Part shown: positions 38,015 to 47,526 of the stretch, in pieces | Layout of the letters: each line of letters begins with the position of its first letter | Position numbering within the stretch: position 1 is the first letter of the stretch | Source of the DNA: Planctomycetota bacterium | GTDB taxonomy: Bacteria; Planctomycetota; Phycisphaerae; UBA1845 | Length of the DNA: 64,000 nt | Reading direction: 5' to 3' | Assembly (NCBI GenBank): GCA_024280855.1 | Contig: JAJRPG010000033.1 | Coordinates: 16,556-80,555 of the forward strand | Position numbers and translations under genes: made by a program | Notes under the pieces: model-generated | What the model was told of the DNA's origin: nothing | The model's database searches: none | What the model saw: only the letters and a program-made list of their open reading frames with translations

Positions 38015-39394
38015 TTAATTTCGACTAGTCCTATTTATCGTTCGCCGCCGCCAGCACAGCACCGTACCACCGGTCAGTATAAACAACGACATTATGACAA
38101 TGCTCCACTGTGACACAGTAGGAATAGATTGATTCGCGGCAGTAACCACCGAGGCAAATGGGTTGAGACGTCCCCATCCCCAGACGTCATCATTGCCCTC
38201 AGTGCCGAGATCCACGCAGCCATCGAATAGATGTGTTTCTACTTGATCTGGTGTTAGCGATGGCTTTGCTGACCATAGTAATCCAATGGTTCCAGCTACC
38301 ATGGGCGTGGACGCGCTCGTACCGCAACCGCTGATAGCTAACCCGCCTGGAATTCCGGTACTCAATATATCGACGCCGGGGGCGTACAAATCAACAGCTA
38401 GTCCAAAAGCTGAGCAAGTTGTTCGGTTGTCATTTTGATCCGTACCGCCCACTACGATGACATCCGCCCAATCGAACCAGGAAAGGTCTCGTCCATCATT
38501 GCCTGCTGCCCAGACCAACAGGCCACCTTGATCTTTGATGTACTGCCCGGTTGTTTGCACAGGCTCGAACTCAACACCAGTCTGGCTCACGTTGATACAC
38601 TTAGCCCCATTATCCACAGCCCAGCGAGCACCGTCGAGAATATTATTAAGAAATCCACCAGCTGCGTTGTTTGAGTAGCGAATCGGCATGATCGAAAAAT
38701 GCCAGCCCATTCCGACCACAAGCGTACGGTTGTTTCCGATCGCGCCAGCTAAGCCAGAGACAAAGGTTCCGTGTCCACCTAAATCGTCAACCAGTCCACC
38801 ATCTATTTGAGCGATGCGGTCCTCCGCGTTATATCCTGATACGAGCGCACCAGCGAGATCAGGATGGTCTAGCTCGATGCCGCTATCGACGATGGCGATG
38901 ATAAAATTGGAATCGCCAGTCGTAATATCCCAAGCAAGGCCAGTTTGCAACGTTTGATGATGCCATTGATCGACATAGTTACCGTCGTTGGGCAGTGTCG
39001 TAGTGGGATAGCAAAACCAGTTAGGTACTACATATTGGTAATCACCGGTAGCCATAAGGCTCACAGCAAAACTGTTTTCGGTTTCGCCCGCTGGTAAATT
39101 GATAATGTACTCGTCGGTCAGAGATACCTTTTCGATGATTTGTTTATCGATACGGGCAACCGCTCGTTGACGAATCTGCTCCACCTGTTGAACACCAAGG
39201 CCACGCCGTATTAGCGATGCAGATTGAATTGGTCGGACGATCATCTGCGAGGAGAATTCGAGTTTGCCGGGTCGCTCGATGAATTGCGGAGTAACAATTT
39301 CAATCGCGGCCGCTTCTTGAACCAACAATGTTAGTAACAAGCATCCCATCAAGCTGCGTACATGGTTATGATATAATCTGTTTCGCCACACCAT
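38015..39394 (-). CDS. Subtilisin-like serine protease (S8) with IPTL-CTERM-like C-terminal anchor
   Basis: The catalytic triad contexts are AIVDSGIE (Asp), GHGTFVSG (His) and GTSASTPMVAG (Ser). The tail is SIPTVSQWSIVIMSLFILTGGTVLCWRRR. Confidence 0.9.
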   Translation of the reverse strand: MVWRNRLYHNHVRSLMGCLLLTLLVQEAAAIEIVTPQFIERPGKLEFSSQMIVRPIQSASLIRRGLGVQQVEQIRQRAVARIDKQIIEKVSLTDEYIINLPAGETENSFAVSLMATGDYQYVVPNWFCYPTTTLPNDGNYVDQWHHQTLQTGLAWDITTGDSNFIIAIVDSGIELDHPDLAGALVSGYNAEDRIAQIDGGLVDDLGGHGTFVSGLAGAIGNNRTLVVGMGWHFSIMPIRYSNNAAGGFLNNILDGARWAVDNGAKCINVSQTGVEFEPVQTTGQYIKDQGGLLVWAAGNDGRDLSWFDWADVIVVGGTDQNDNRTTCSAFGLAVDLYAPGVDILSTGIPGGLAISGCGTSASTPMVAGTIGLLWSAKPSLTPDQVETHLFDGCVDLGTEGNDDVWGWGRLNPFASVVTAANQSIPTVSQWSIVIMSLFILTGGTVLCWRRRTINRTSRN

Positions 39395-39640
39395 GTGAAC
39401 TATTGTCCGCTTCTCAATTTCTCAACAGGTTGAACGCCACAGTAAAACTAGCCAATGGTGTTATGATACAAAATGTGTAAACATCTACCAATTATAATCC
39501 TGCGAATTCATCCAATGACGTAATAGTCACCACTAGCCAATGAAAAAATAGCCAAAATTTCGTGTTTTCATGCGACATTGGTTGGAGTAGCAGGTTGAAT
39601 AGGTCGGTAGCCCACCATTCATTGAAAACTCTGGTGCGAC

Positions 39641-40708
39641 ATGAGTTCTGATTTTCATGACAATTCTGAAATGGTAGATTTAGCGAAGCCCGCTCGGTTA
39701 TTCCATTTTTTGATTATAGCCATCTGCGTACTGCTCGTTGGCGTACTCATTTGGCTGATTCCAGAATTCATAAAAGATATCGACTTGGAATCGGTTGTGG
39801 TTATGGCCACTTGGCTGCCGTTGGCTGTATTTCCCTTGTGCCGCAGTATTTCCGCCCTGTTTCTCAGGCCTCATTTTCGTGCAAACAATACTGGTATGGA
39901 ACTTCGATATTGGAGACGTGGTTGGTCTATTCTTACACCATTCCTACGACTCCGCCACGACTATATTGAATGGGAAGATATTTGTAGCGTAAATATAAAA
40001 AAGACGAAGTACAAAGGCATAACCGTTGATGCATATGTCATCGTAGAATGTGCTAAGCGTGATCCTATACACATTTACCGCTGGGTGTTTAATCTCTCGG
40101 CTGATGCCATATCAAATATCATTAAAAACAAAATGGCACTGAATGAACTGCGGAACATTGTTCCTGATGGTCGCACCAATTCTTATGTCGAAAAGTTACA
40201 ACGGCATTTTGCGGTGGCGATTCATCTTTGTTATGCGCCATCTTATATTAGGATAGTTGGTTTTATCATGGGTCCACCTGCAGCGTACTACGGGTGGCCA
40301 TGGCTTGTCGCTTATGCTGGCGATAGGCCAGTGATCGATGTATTTGTTGCCATTGGTTTTTGTGGTGGGATTGGTTGGCTGATTTTCGCTATCGACGAGG
40401 CGGTTAGATCGTGGCGATTTCGCAACAAGAAATTTTGGTTACGGGCTGAAGGCTTATCCGCTGGTGCGAATGAGTTCTCGGCCAGGGTCTATGGGTGGCA
40501 CGAAATAGCCGGGGCGCGTCGCCGCGTCACTCAGTTGATGAACCAATGGGATAAGCCGACGGGTATCAAGCTGGAAGGAATAGATATTCTATTATTAGAC
40601 GGAGATACGATTTGGATACCTGAATCCTACAGTAAAGAACTGGGCGATCTTTGCGAGATGTTAACGCCAGACGATGGAACCATTCACGTTGATCCCCTTG
40701 AAGATTAA
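39641..40708 (+). CDS. Membrane protein with two (TM-TM-PH-like) modules
   Basis: Two pairs of hydrophobic helices are each followed by a soluble stretch: GMELRYW...IEWEDICSV and FWLRAEGL...VYGWHEIAG. The coding DNA is AT-rich. The domain call rests on pattern only. Confidence 0.5.
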   Translation: MSSDFHDNSEMVDLAKPARLFHFLIIAICVLLVGVLIWLIPEFIKDIDLESVVVMATWLPLAVFPLCRSISALFLRPHFRANNTGMELRYWRRGWSILTPFLRLRHDYIEWEDICSVNIKKTKYKGITVDAYVIVECAKRDPIHIYRWVFNLSADAISNIIKNKMALNELRNIVPDGRTNSYVEKLQRHFAVAIHLCYAPSYIRIVGFIMGPPAAYYGWPWLVAYAGDRPVIDVFVAIGFCGGIGWLIFAIDEAVRSWRFRNKKFWLRAEGLSAGANEFSARVYGWHEIAGARRRVTQLMNQWDKPTGIKLEGIDILLLDGDTIWIPESYSKELGDLCEMLTPDDGTIHVDPLED

Positions 40709-40722
40709 TCAGCGCCGTGCAT

Positions 40723-40768
40723 AAAAAAAGCCGCCCCACACACAACGCGGGAAGCGGCTTGTATATAT
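40723..40768. terminator. Bidirectional intrinsic terminator candidate
   Basis: The stem is gccgcccc paired with ggg(aa)gcggc. An A7 run lies on the plus-strand 5' side, which is a T7 tail for the minus-strand gene, and ttgtatatattt lies on the 3' side. It sits between convergent genes. Confidence 0.6.
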
Positions 40769-40830
40769 TTCTCTTGCACCTTCGACTTAGGCGCGCAGCA
40801 TCCTTGAAGATGCCAACTATCGCACCAGGA

Positions 40831-41046
40831 CTAAGCGCCGGTTGTAGTCAGGTCGTTGCCGTCGTCAAGGCTCAGGAACAGGGCGGAGATTAACGCGGTC
40901 GATAGACTCTGCGTCGTTGATTCCAACCCACCTAGCAAGGTATCTCGCACGGCTGGGTCGCACCCGCTTAACTGAAAGGCCGAACCACCAACGGCGATGG
41001 CTGTGGCAAATCGCATGAATCGACTTCGAAGGCTTTGCTTATTCAT
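40831..41046 (-). CDS. Small lipoprotein, function unknown
   Basis: MNKQSLRSRFMRFATAIAVGGSAFQLSGC gives a signal peptide and lipobox. I start at the internal ATG (41044-41046). Confidence 0.5.
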   Translation of the reverse strand: MNKQSLRSRFMRFATAIAVGGSAFQLSGCDPAVRDTLLGGLESTTQSLSTALISALFLSLDDGNDLTTTGA

Positions 41047-41347
41047 TGTCTCATACTCCAAGTTTGGCTTTTTCTCAGCCCTCTTACTATCGGGCGGATG
41101 AACCGAAATACTTTGTTATGTCCCAAATCCTTTCATAGCAGCGACAGCTACATGCCCCGCAGCTAACTCAAAAGACTTGGCCCTATATCTATTCGTTGTA
41201 CCCATCGGTTATGTCAAGGTCGCGGTTTAATACTTCCGATATTTTCACGACTTTCGACAACAATAACAGCCTTTTTGCGGCTGATAACTACTATTGCCAA
41301 AACCCTGGTCATCCAGGAAAGACCCTGATGGCTACGGCCCCTCTTCC

Positions 41348-42079
41348 TTAACGATGCGACAGCGCCGCGACGCGTGGCGTAACGCTCCTTCTAATCGAAC
41401 GCAGGGACAAATTTTTGCCTGGGCACTTGGTGCTGGGAACAAGCATGCCGTGCGAGGTAATCATGTTCGTGGGTATGCCGCTCTCCGCACACAAAAAGCG
41501 TAACAGCTCAGACAACGAAGCCAACTGCTTCGGGGAAGGGTTGGATTTCGTAAAATCGCCGACCAAGCATATGCCGATACCGTGTTCATTATGATAATTC
41601 CCGGCGGTCTTGCAATGAGCGCCGGTAGATTGCTTGCGCCATCGGCCACCCACCTCCACCAGACCGTCAGGCGTGGACGTGCCATTGCCAATCACGAAGT
41701 GATAGCCAAGCTCATTCCAGCCTCTTACCTCGCGATGGTTACGGTCGAACAATATGGCACCGCCAACCTTGGTCCCGCTATGGTGCAACACGATAGTCGT
41801 CCATCGCGGGTTAATTTTCCCTCTAGCTGGCAGCCATTCACTATGTGACCTGTTCGGTCGAATAGGGCGACTCGGCTTGATGATAGGACGCCTGCTTGCG
41901 TATCGCTGTCCCTGATTAGTGCGAGGCGGCGTCACTGAACTTCGCGGTATATAAAAAGAAGGAGGCGGAGTTGGTTGCATAGACTCTGTGAAGTTTTGCG
42001 AAACGCAACCAATGGCCGGGGCCATGGCAATTGCGCCCGTGAATAAGAACAAGCGCAAACATCTTTCCCGCGAAACCAT
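41348..42079 (-). CDS. N-acetylmuramoyl-L-alanine amidase (Amidase_2/PGRP fold) lipoprotein
   Basis: IVLHHSGT...GWNELGYHFVIGNG...GAHC...GIGICLVGDF...ITSHG. The N-terminal lipobox is AIGC. Confidence 0.8.
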   Translation of the reverse strand: MVSRERCLRLFLFTGAIAMAPAIGCVSQNFTESMQPTPPPSFYIPRSSVTPPRTNQGQRYASRRPIIKPSRPIRPNRSHSEWLPARGKINPRWTTIVLHHSGTKVGGAILFDRNHREVRGWNELGYHFVIGNGTSTPDGLVEVGGRWRKQSTGAHCKTAGNYHNEHGIGICLVGDFTKSNPSPKQLASLSELLRFLCAESGIPTNMITSHGMLVPSTKCPGKNLSLRSIRRSVTPRVAALSHR

Positions 42080-42230
42080 AAGCAGACTCCGACTTCAATA
42101 CAAACGTGAACGAAACCCCGGCGCACGAAGCACCGATGCTTAGTTATCGGTCATAAACACCTGTTTCGTCAAGGATAATCTTTCGCACTAGTCGCCGGTT
42201 GGTGCATGGCAGCATTGGCGGCACGTCATG

Positions 42231-42308
42231 TCAGAGCACCTGGCGCGAGCCTGGTGGCACTTTCATGATAGTAAGACATGTCCACAGGCTGGCGCCGTGC
42301 GGCTCTGA
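42231..42308 (+). repeat. MITE-like element, family B (short-core copy)
   Basis: tcagagcacctggcgcgagcctggtggca ... atgtccacaggctggcgccgtgcggctctga, 78 bp. Confidence 0.85.
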
Positions 42309-42491
42309 CCCCGACTCGGTACGCCCATCCCGCTTAACCTGTATTTCGGGAATCGATGCCGGATGGTCCATTAACCAGCCCTGGGAGGAATAATATCGGA
42401 ACATAACTTCACTCGGCTATCGATTTACTCGAAGTAACATCGACAGCGACATCGTAATTAGGCGATTACGTTTGTCGAGGAGCATGTAGAA

Positions 42492-42698
42492 ATGTTTTGG
42501 TCAGCCCGTCCACAATACGGAGTAGAGGACAGTAGCAGCAGCCTATTAGCTGGTGTTAGCCAATCGTTCTCTACCCCTGCCCCGCGCATAGACAAGGTCA
42601 TCGCAGCAAGGCAGGCAGTGATTCATCACGACTTTGATGAAGAAAACATGCTCGATCAAATTGTCAATTCCCTAACGTCAGATGCCCTAGCTACATAA
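42492..42698 (+). CDS. Small protein, weakly FlgM-like C-terminus
   Basis: GAGGAG lies 10 nt upstream. RIDKVIAARQAVIHHDFDEENMLDQIVNSL loosely fits the FlgM C-terminal pattern. No flagellar genes are nearby. Confidence 0.35.
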   Translation: MFWSARPQYGVEDSSSSLLAGVSQSFSTPAPRIDKVIAARQAVIHHDFDEENMLDQIVNSLTSDALAT

Positions 42699-42738
42699 AT
42701 AGCCACTGGAAGCGGTTCGCCAAACAAACAGGGCCGAC

Positions 42739-42778
42739 CGGTTTGATACAACTGCGATTCTCGCAGCATATCAAACCG
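42739..42778. terminator. Nested hairpin between convergent genes
   Basis: The outer stem is cggtttgata/tatcaaaccg and the inner stem is ctgcga-ttc-tcgcag. There is no clear U-tract. Confidence 0.35.
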
Positions 42779-42827
42779 ACCGACCCTGATGATTTTTCGA
42801 AATATCTTATCGTCTAAATGCCAGCGG

Positions 42828-43661
42828 TTACTCACCAAGTGCAAAATAACCGGCAATCTGTTCGTGCACCTCGACAGTATTGTATACGATCAAAACACGA
42901 TCGTTATATGACTGAATGAAGCCTCGTCCACCGCCTCCACCGGGTAGAGTCGGGCCTTGCAAACCAGTAATTGGCCCCCAAGACTGCGGTTCGATTGTGC
43001 TGGCAATGGCTGTTATCAGATCACTAATCAGATCGTCGGTATCCTCATCTTCTATTTCCAAGTCCTCAGAACTACTACTATTTGAACCACTAAAAACACT
43101 TCGACCACCACCCCCGCCCTTACTGGAACGCGACGCAGAGTTTAGATCTACCTGTGGGGCGTTACGACCAAAGTCGGGAACGCTAAAGGTCAGGTCAGTC
43201 ATTTGGTAGATACGTCGTACGAGTTTTTTGGAAAAATCACCAACTGTGGAAATGCGGATATTTCGGCCCTTCGCGTGAAAGCTGACCAGACCTTCATCTG
43301 AAAGCTGGTCCATCACTTCGATGAGAATCTCTGCCACTGTTACGTCACGCAACTTCAAAGTGACTGGCGACTCGCCGTCAACTCCTTCATTTTCCATAGC
43401 TGTCCAACGAAGAATAACATTCACCTTGTCGTCACCCTCACTGCGCAACCATTCGACAACCTCCTCAAAAGGAGTTTCTTGCCAATCGATGCTATCGATT
43501 TGCTTCCGAAGCAAATCACGGGCCGCGAGCTTGTTTTTCACAACGCGCCTCGAAGAACTATGGTAAGCATTTAACCGTGAGGTGGCTGTTTGCGCGAAAC
43601 CAATCGAACAACAGCTAACCACGAGACAAGCTGACAAAGTGAGAATCCGTTTACAGGCCAT
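42828..43661 (-). CDS. Secreted protein with STN-like N-terminal domain and Gly/Ser/acidic linker; last gene of the ECF module
   Basis: Signal peptide MACKRILTLSACLVVSCCSIGFAQ. The region IDWQETPFEEVVEWLRSEG..VNVILRW...VTLKLRDVTVAEILIEVMDQL resembles a secretin/TonB short N-terminal domain. GGGGGR runs are present. Confidence 0.5.
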   Translation of the reverse strand: MACKRILTLSACLVVSCCSIGFAQTATSRLNAYHSSSRRVVKNKLAARDLLRKQIDSIDWQETPFEEVVEWLRSEGDDKVNVILRWTAMENEGVDGESPVTLKLRDVTVAEILIEVMDQLSDEGLVSFHAKGRNIRISTVGDFSKKLVRRIYQMTDLTFSVPDFGRNAPQVDLNSASRSSKGGGGGRSVFSGSNSSSSEDLEIEDEDTDDLISDLITAIASTIEPQSWGPITGLQGPTLPGGGGGRGFIQSYNDRVLIVYNTVEVHEQIAGYFALGE

Positions 43662-43887
43662 GATCTTAATCTCCTTCGCTCTATACTTATTATAGAACTA
43701 CCTGGTACCCCATTCACTCAATAAACGGAAACAAACCGAAGCCGCCTTTACAAATGAGCTTCGAAATCGTCCCATCCCCACATCTAATTGTAATGCATAA
43801 CACCCCAATTGCCTACACGGCGGGGGAAAAGCCAATGATATTCAGATATATCGACTGTTTGCTATACAACCCATTACCATTACAGTG

Positions 43888-44790
43888 TCAATTCATATTT
43901 AACGTAGTAGCACTGGCCAAGTACGATCTTTTGCCCTCAAGTGAGGTCATCAACGTATCATTGGCCATTTCCAAGAGCGTCTGCTTTGATAAATTGGCTG
44001 AGAGGCTGATGGTACGATCGCTCTCATGCCAGGCTACAACGGTGAGAGAATTATCGTCCTCACTGGCAAAATATGCTCTTTCCCGCCACTCCGCCGGCTG
44101 ATTCGGTATAAGTTCTACGATTCGTGTCGTCGAAAAAACGGATAGAAATTCGTTGGTTGTAGGCGAGCGATACAGCACATGGCCACCGACCCGACCCTGA
44201 ATTCCACACTTTTCTCCGCCTACAAGCTCAAAACCGTACTGCGAAAGAACCGGAACAACAACCGACAAATTGGTAAGGCCACTTAGTTGACTAGCAAGCT
44301 GAACGGGATTTCGGGATAACAGCGGATTGTGATGCTCCGTACCTCGCGTCAGCGCACAGTCCTGGTGTTGATTTCGTATATCTGACACGGCTTGGGCAGT
44401 CACAACCGTCATGGTCCCGCTTGATAAGTCATCCGAATTCCAACGCTGCCAAATGGATACATAAAAGAGTATCGCAGCGGCGATGGCTAGAGGAACCAAA
44501 AATCTGGACCGCGTTTGCCAACTCGGCGAATAGGTGAGGCCATAATCTGTGACGTTATCCTTCTCCATGACCCCGCATAGTGCATCCGCGACGCTGCTGC
44601 GAAGCGGGTTCGGTGCGACTTCATGAGACCACATATCAGTGAGCGCACGCTTGCTAGACGTGACATCATCCACGCGATGCGCACAGGCGGGGCACATGTT
44701 GAGATGCTCCAATGCCTCTAAATTCAGGGGCACATCAAGCTCCCCATCTGCGAAGGCGCCGGTATATTTACGAAAACTTTTGCAATTCAT
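43888..44790 (-). CDS. Anti-sigma factor (zf-HC2 type) with one TM helix and a periplasmic domain
   Basis: FADGELD...LEHLNMCPACAHRV gives the H-x3-C-x2-C motif. The TM helix is FLVPLAIAAAILFYVSIW. The gene starts 11 nt after the sigma gene ends. Confidence 0.8.
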   Translation of the reverse strand: MNCKSFRKYTGAFADGELDVPLNLEALEHLNMCPACAHRVDDVTSSKRALTDMWSHEVAPNPLRSSVADALCGVMEKDNVTDYGLTYSPSWQTRSRFLVPLAIAAAILFYVSIWQRWNSDDLSSGTMTVVTAQAVSDIRNQHQDCALTRGTEHHNPLLSRNPVQLASQLSGLTNLSVVVPVLSQYGFELVGGEKCGIQGRVGGHVLYRSPTTNEFLSVFSTTRIVELIPNQPAEWRERAYFASEDDNSLTVVAWHESDRTISLSANLSKQTLLEMANDTLMTSLEGKRSYLASATTLNMN

Positions 44791-44801
44791 GAGTCAATCC
44801 T

Positions 44802-45452
44802 TCAGTCGCGGAGTCCTCGTTGCTGGGCGTACGATTTCAACTTGCGGCTTAGCAACTGCCGACCTCGGTATAGCCGACTCATAATCGTTCCCATCGGACA
44901 TTGGCAAACTTCGGCGATTTCCTTGTAACTTAATCCCTCAATCGACCAGAGCAAAAGCACGGTGCGATACTCCGGCTGAAGCGACTCGACGGCCTTCTTA
45001 ATCTCCTCGTCAAACTGGTCCCAGTTCAACGATTCCGCCGTGTCAGGGTCGCCGCCTATGTCGGCTAATTCTTCTTCAAAGTGGTCAAAGTCAACGTCGT
45101 CGAGCAAAGATGGCTGACGGCGCTGCTTGTTCTTGGAGGTATAAAAAACGTTATAAAGAATCTTCAACAGCCAAGGCTTGGCGCCATATTCGCGCAACTC
45201 GAATCGCTCGAAAGCCTTAAACCCTCTGATGAAGGCCTCCTGAACCAAATCATCGGCCTCGACCCGGCTACCCGACAACGCGCAGGCCATCCGAAACACC
45301 GCATCGAAATGCGGCATGGCAGTGGCTTCAAAGCGTGCTTTCGTGTCGGCATCCAGCATGGCTGATAGATGATCCTCAAGAATAGTCCAAAGCGCGTCAA
45401 ACCCCTCTTTCCACAGATAAGGTTTCCAGTATTGTAACACCTGAAGACCCAC
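44802..45452 (-). CDS. ECF-type RNA polymerase sigma factor
   Basis: Region 2 is DDLVQEAFIRGFKAFERF and region 4 is LSYKEIAEVCQCPMGTIMSRLYRGR. The real start may be the ATG at 45359 (MLDADTK...). Confidence 0.85.
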   Translation of the reverse strand: MGLQVLQYWKPYLWKEGFDALWTILEDHLSAMLDADTKARFEATAMPHFDAVFRMACALSGSRVEADDLVQEAFIRGFKAFERFELREYGAKPWLLKILYNVFYTSKNKQRRQPSLLDDVDFDHFEEELADIGGDPDTAESLNWDQFDEEIKKAVESLQPEYRTVLLLWSIEGLSYKEIAEVCQCPMGTIMSRLYRGRQLLSRKLKSYAQQRGLRD

Positions 45453-45597
45453 TTACTATTCCAATTTTTGAATTGATTTTGAATAAGGGCCGATAAATTG
45501 TGTTATCGATTAAAACGAGATGGCCTCATATACAGGGCCTGTGTACGAAAAAGCACCTCTTTCGATAGTTTTTTTGTCTTGAACCGGTTGTGGAACT

Positions 45598-45624
45598 GGA
45601 TTCCCGCCTGCGCGGGAAAGACGG
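45598..45624. repeat. Family C palindromic unit (imperfect)
   Basis: ggattcccgcctgcgcgggaaagacgg. Confidence 0.6.
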
Positions 45625-45704
45625 ATTGCTAAGCTGGCCCTGCTGGCTATTGCCTGACGAAAGCGATGGTCGGTATACCACAGCACAGCGGCGAGGCAAT
45701 TCCT

Positions 45705-45728
45705 GTAGGGCACGGTCGTAGACCTGCC
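45705..45728 (+). repeat. Family D unit lacking the inner hairpin
   Basis: gtagggcacggtcgtagacctgcc equals the outer arms of 22551-22597 with the inner ctttcgc...gcgaaag hairpin absent. Confidence 0.6.
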
Positions 45729-45875
45729 TTAACTATGTTGTCGGTGTGGTGTATTGCGATTGAATGTCGCCGGAGTGTCACTACGATGGGGTGTGTAACG
45801 ATTATTGTTAGCTATCGCGTGTGCGTCGAAACGAAAAATTAGTTAGACCTCGACATAACACGCAAGAATAGTAAA

Positions 45876-45921
45876 GGCAGATCAACCTTCCGCTAGTAAG
45901 CGAAAGAACGACCTGCCCTAC
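45876..45921 (-). repeat. Family D nested-hairpin unit (inverted copy)
   Basis: ggcagatcaaccttccgctagtaagcgaaagaacgacctgccctac is a near reverse complement of 22551-22597. Confidence 0.8.
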
Positions 45922-45930
45922 GGTCTGAGC

Positions 45931-47217
45931 CTATATTTCAGCCGGTTGGGCCTTTTCTTTGGCTGCGGTCAACATGTGGGGAACAGCCGTCGCGTGAACG
46001 AAAGGCTTGGGGGCTGATTTTGTCTGGAGTGGACTGGGCTGACTTTGCGCGAGCCCCCTTTTAGCATGGTATCTCATGATATTGGCTAGCAACACACTCA
46101 AAGATAATTGGGCGATGGCGAACACAGCGACACCGGCTAGCACTACGCGTGACCAATGAAGTTCTACGACGCCGAGCGTGATTCTGGTCCATATGCCTTC
46201 ACCGACTAGCCAAAGCAGTCCGGGCATCGCAAGCAGGGTGACAACTATAGCGCCTTTCGCGGAGTACAGTTTATCAAGCATCGTGGCTATAAACGTCGGA
46301 GCGTTTCTCGATGGATTGACCATGCGATGCAGATTTACAGCTAGCACGCCCATCGAAATCAAACTCACACCGAGCGAGCCTAGCAGCGAACAAAACAATA
46401 GACGATAAATCATGTCATTGTTGAAACGCCCCATGCGTAACCAAGACTCCACAGGCCCTGCGGCTAACAAAGTCATCACGCAAAGACACATGGCTGCACT
46501 GGCAAAGAAAAGTTTCGCGGGACGCCACATGAGCGTCATCTCAAAAATCGTGCGGAAAAACCTCAGCCCGTCTTTGATTACATGAAGTTTGGATTCGCCA
46601 ACACGTTCTGTATAACGCATAGGCTTTTCGACTATGGTCAGCTCGTCGTCCATCAAGACGCGAGCGCTCATAGCTGGGGTGAAATGTAAACCGTCTGGCA
46701 GCGGGTACAACTGCTGCAAGACATCACGACGAATCACGCGCATCCCGCTGGCTGTATCTGTCACAACTTTGTTACTCAAAGCCGAAAGAATGAAGGCGTA
46801 AATCCGATTGCCCAAGCGTCGCACGCGTGGCATTTCACTATCTGAGCCTAGTCGAGAACCGATAGATACCGATGCGTTGTTTTCATCTAACTCACGACAT
46901 AACGTAGCGAAGAAGGTGGGTTCGCAGGTTCCGTCGGCGTCTAAAAATCCGACGACGTCGCCTGTACCAACTTCGAAACCTCTTTTAATAGCTGCGCCGT
47001 ATCCACGATTTTTCTCGAAAACAATCAGCCCAATTTCATCATAACTAGCAGCTATCTCGGCGGTGCGGTCAGTAGAGCCGTCGCTTACTACGATAATCTC
47101 CACAGCTTCGACGGGTGAATCAGCCTTGATGACTTCGCGGGCGGCTAGCGTCCGCTCAATAATCGAACCGATGGCTTGCTCTTCATTCAATGCCGGAATG
47201 ACGATAGTTAATTTCAT
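45931..47217 (-). CDS. Family 2 glycosyltransferase (polyprenyl-phosphate sugar synthase-like) with a multi-TM C-terminal domain
   Basis: KLTIVIPALNEE, VVSDGSTDRT, NRGYGAAIKRG and FLDADG (DxD). At least four C-terminal hydrophobic helices follow. Confidence 0.8.
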   Translation of the reverse strand: MKLTIVIPALNEEQAIGSIIERTLAAREVIKADSPVEAVEIIVVSDGSTDRTAEIAASYDEIGLIVFEKNRGYGAAIKRGFEVGTGDVVGFLDADGTCEPTFFATLCRELDENNASVSIGSRLGSDSEMPRVRRLGNRIYAFILSALSNKVVTDTASGMRVIRRDVLQQLYPLPDGLHFTPAMSARVLMDDELTIVEKPMRYTERVGESKLHVIKDGLRFFRTIFEMTLMWRPAKLFFASAAMCLCVMTLLAAGPVESWLRMGRFNNDMIYRLLFCSLLGSLGVSLISMGVLAVNLHRMVNPSRNAPTFIATMLDKLYSAKGAIVVTLLAMPGLLWLVGEGIWTRITLGVVELHWSRVVLAGVAVFAIAQLSLSVLLANIMRYHAKRGLAQSQPSPLQTKSAPKPFVHATAVPHMLTAAKEKAQPAEI

Positions 47218-47349
47218 AGGCTTAGTTCCTATAATATTGTCGGTAACTCACGCGGCAGGCTGAAATAGTGATTTGGCACGACAGATATAATCGTTCGTCA
47301 CACAACGTATGGCATGAACCAATTATCCATTAGTCATCGGTGAGTACCA

Positions 47350-47456
47350 TCAGAGCCACACGGCGCAAGCCTGTGGACACGCCTTACGAATCATTAAACC
47401 ATTGAACCGGTGTATATCTCGTATCGCTGTCACCAGGCTCGCGCCAGGTACTCTGA
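47350..47456 (-). repeat. MITE-like element, family B (reverse orientation) in the divergent GT2/GT-C promoter region
   Basis: tcagagccacacggcgcaagcctgtggaca ... tcaccaggctcgcgccaggtactctga, 107 bp. Confidence 0.85.
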
Positions 47457-47526
47457 TAGCTCATTCTGCCTCTTCAAATTGCCGATACGACCGATAACAC
47501 ACCATTGGGTGAGGATTGTTATTGTT

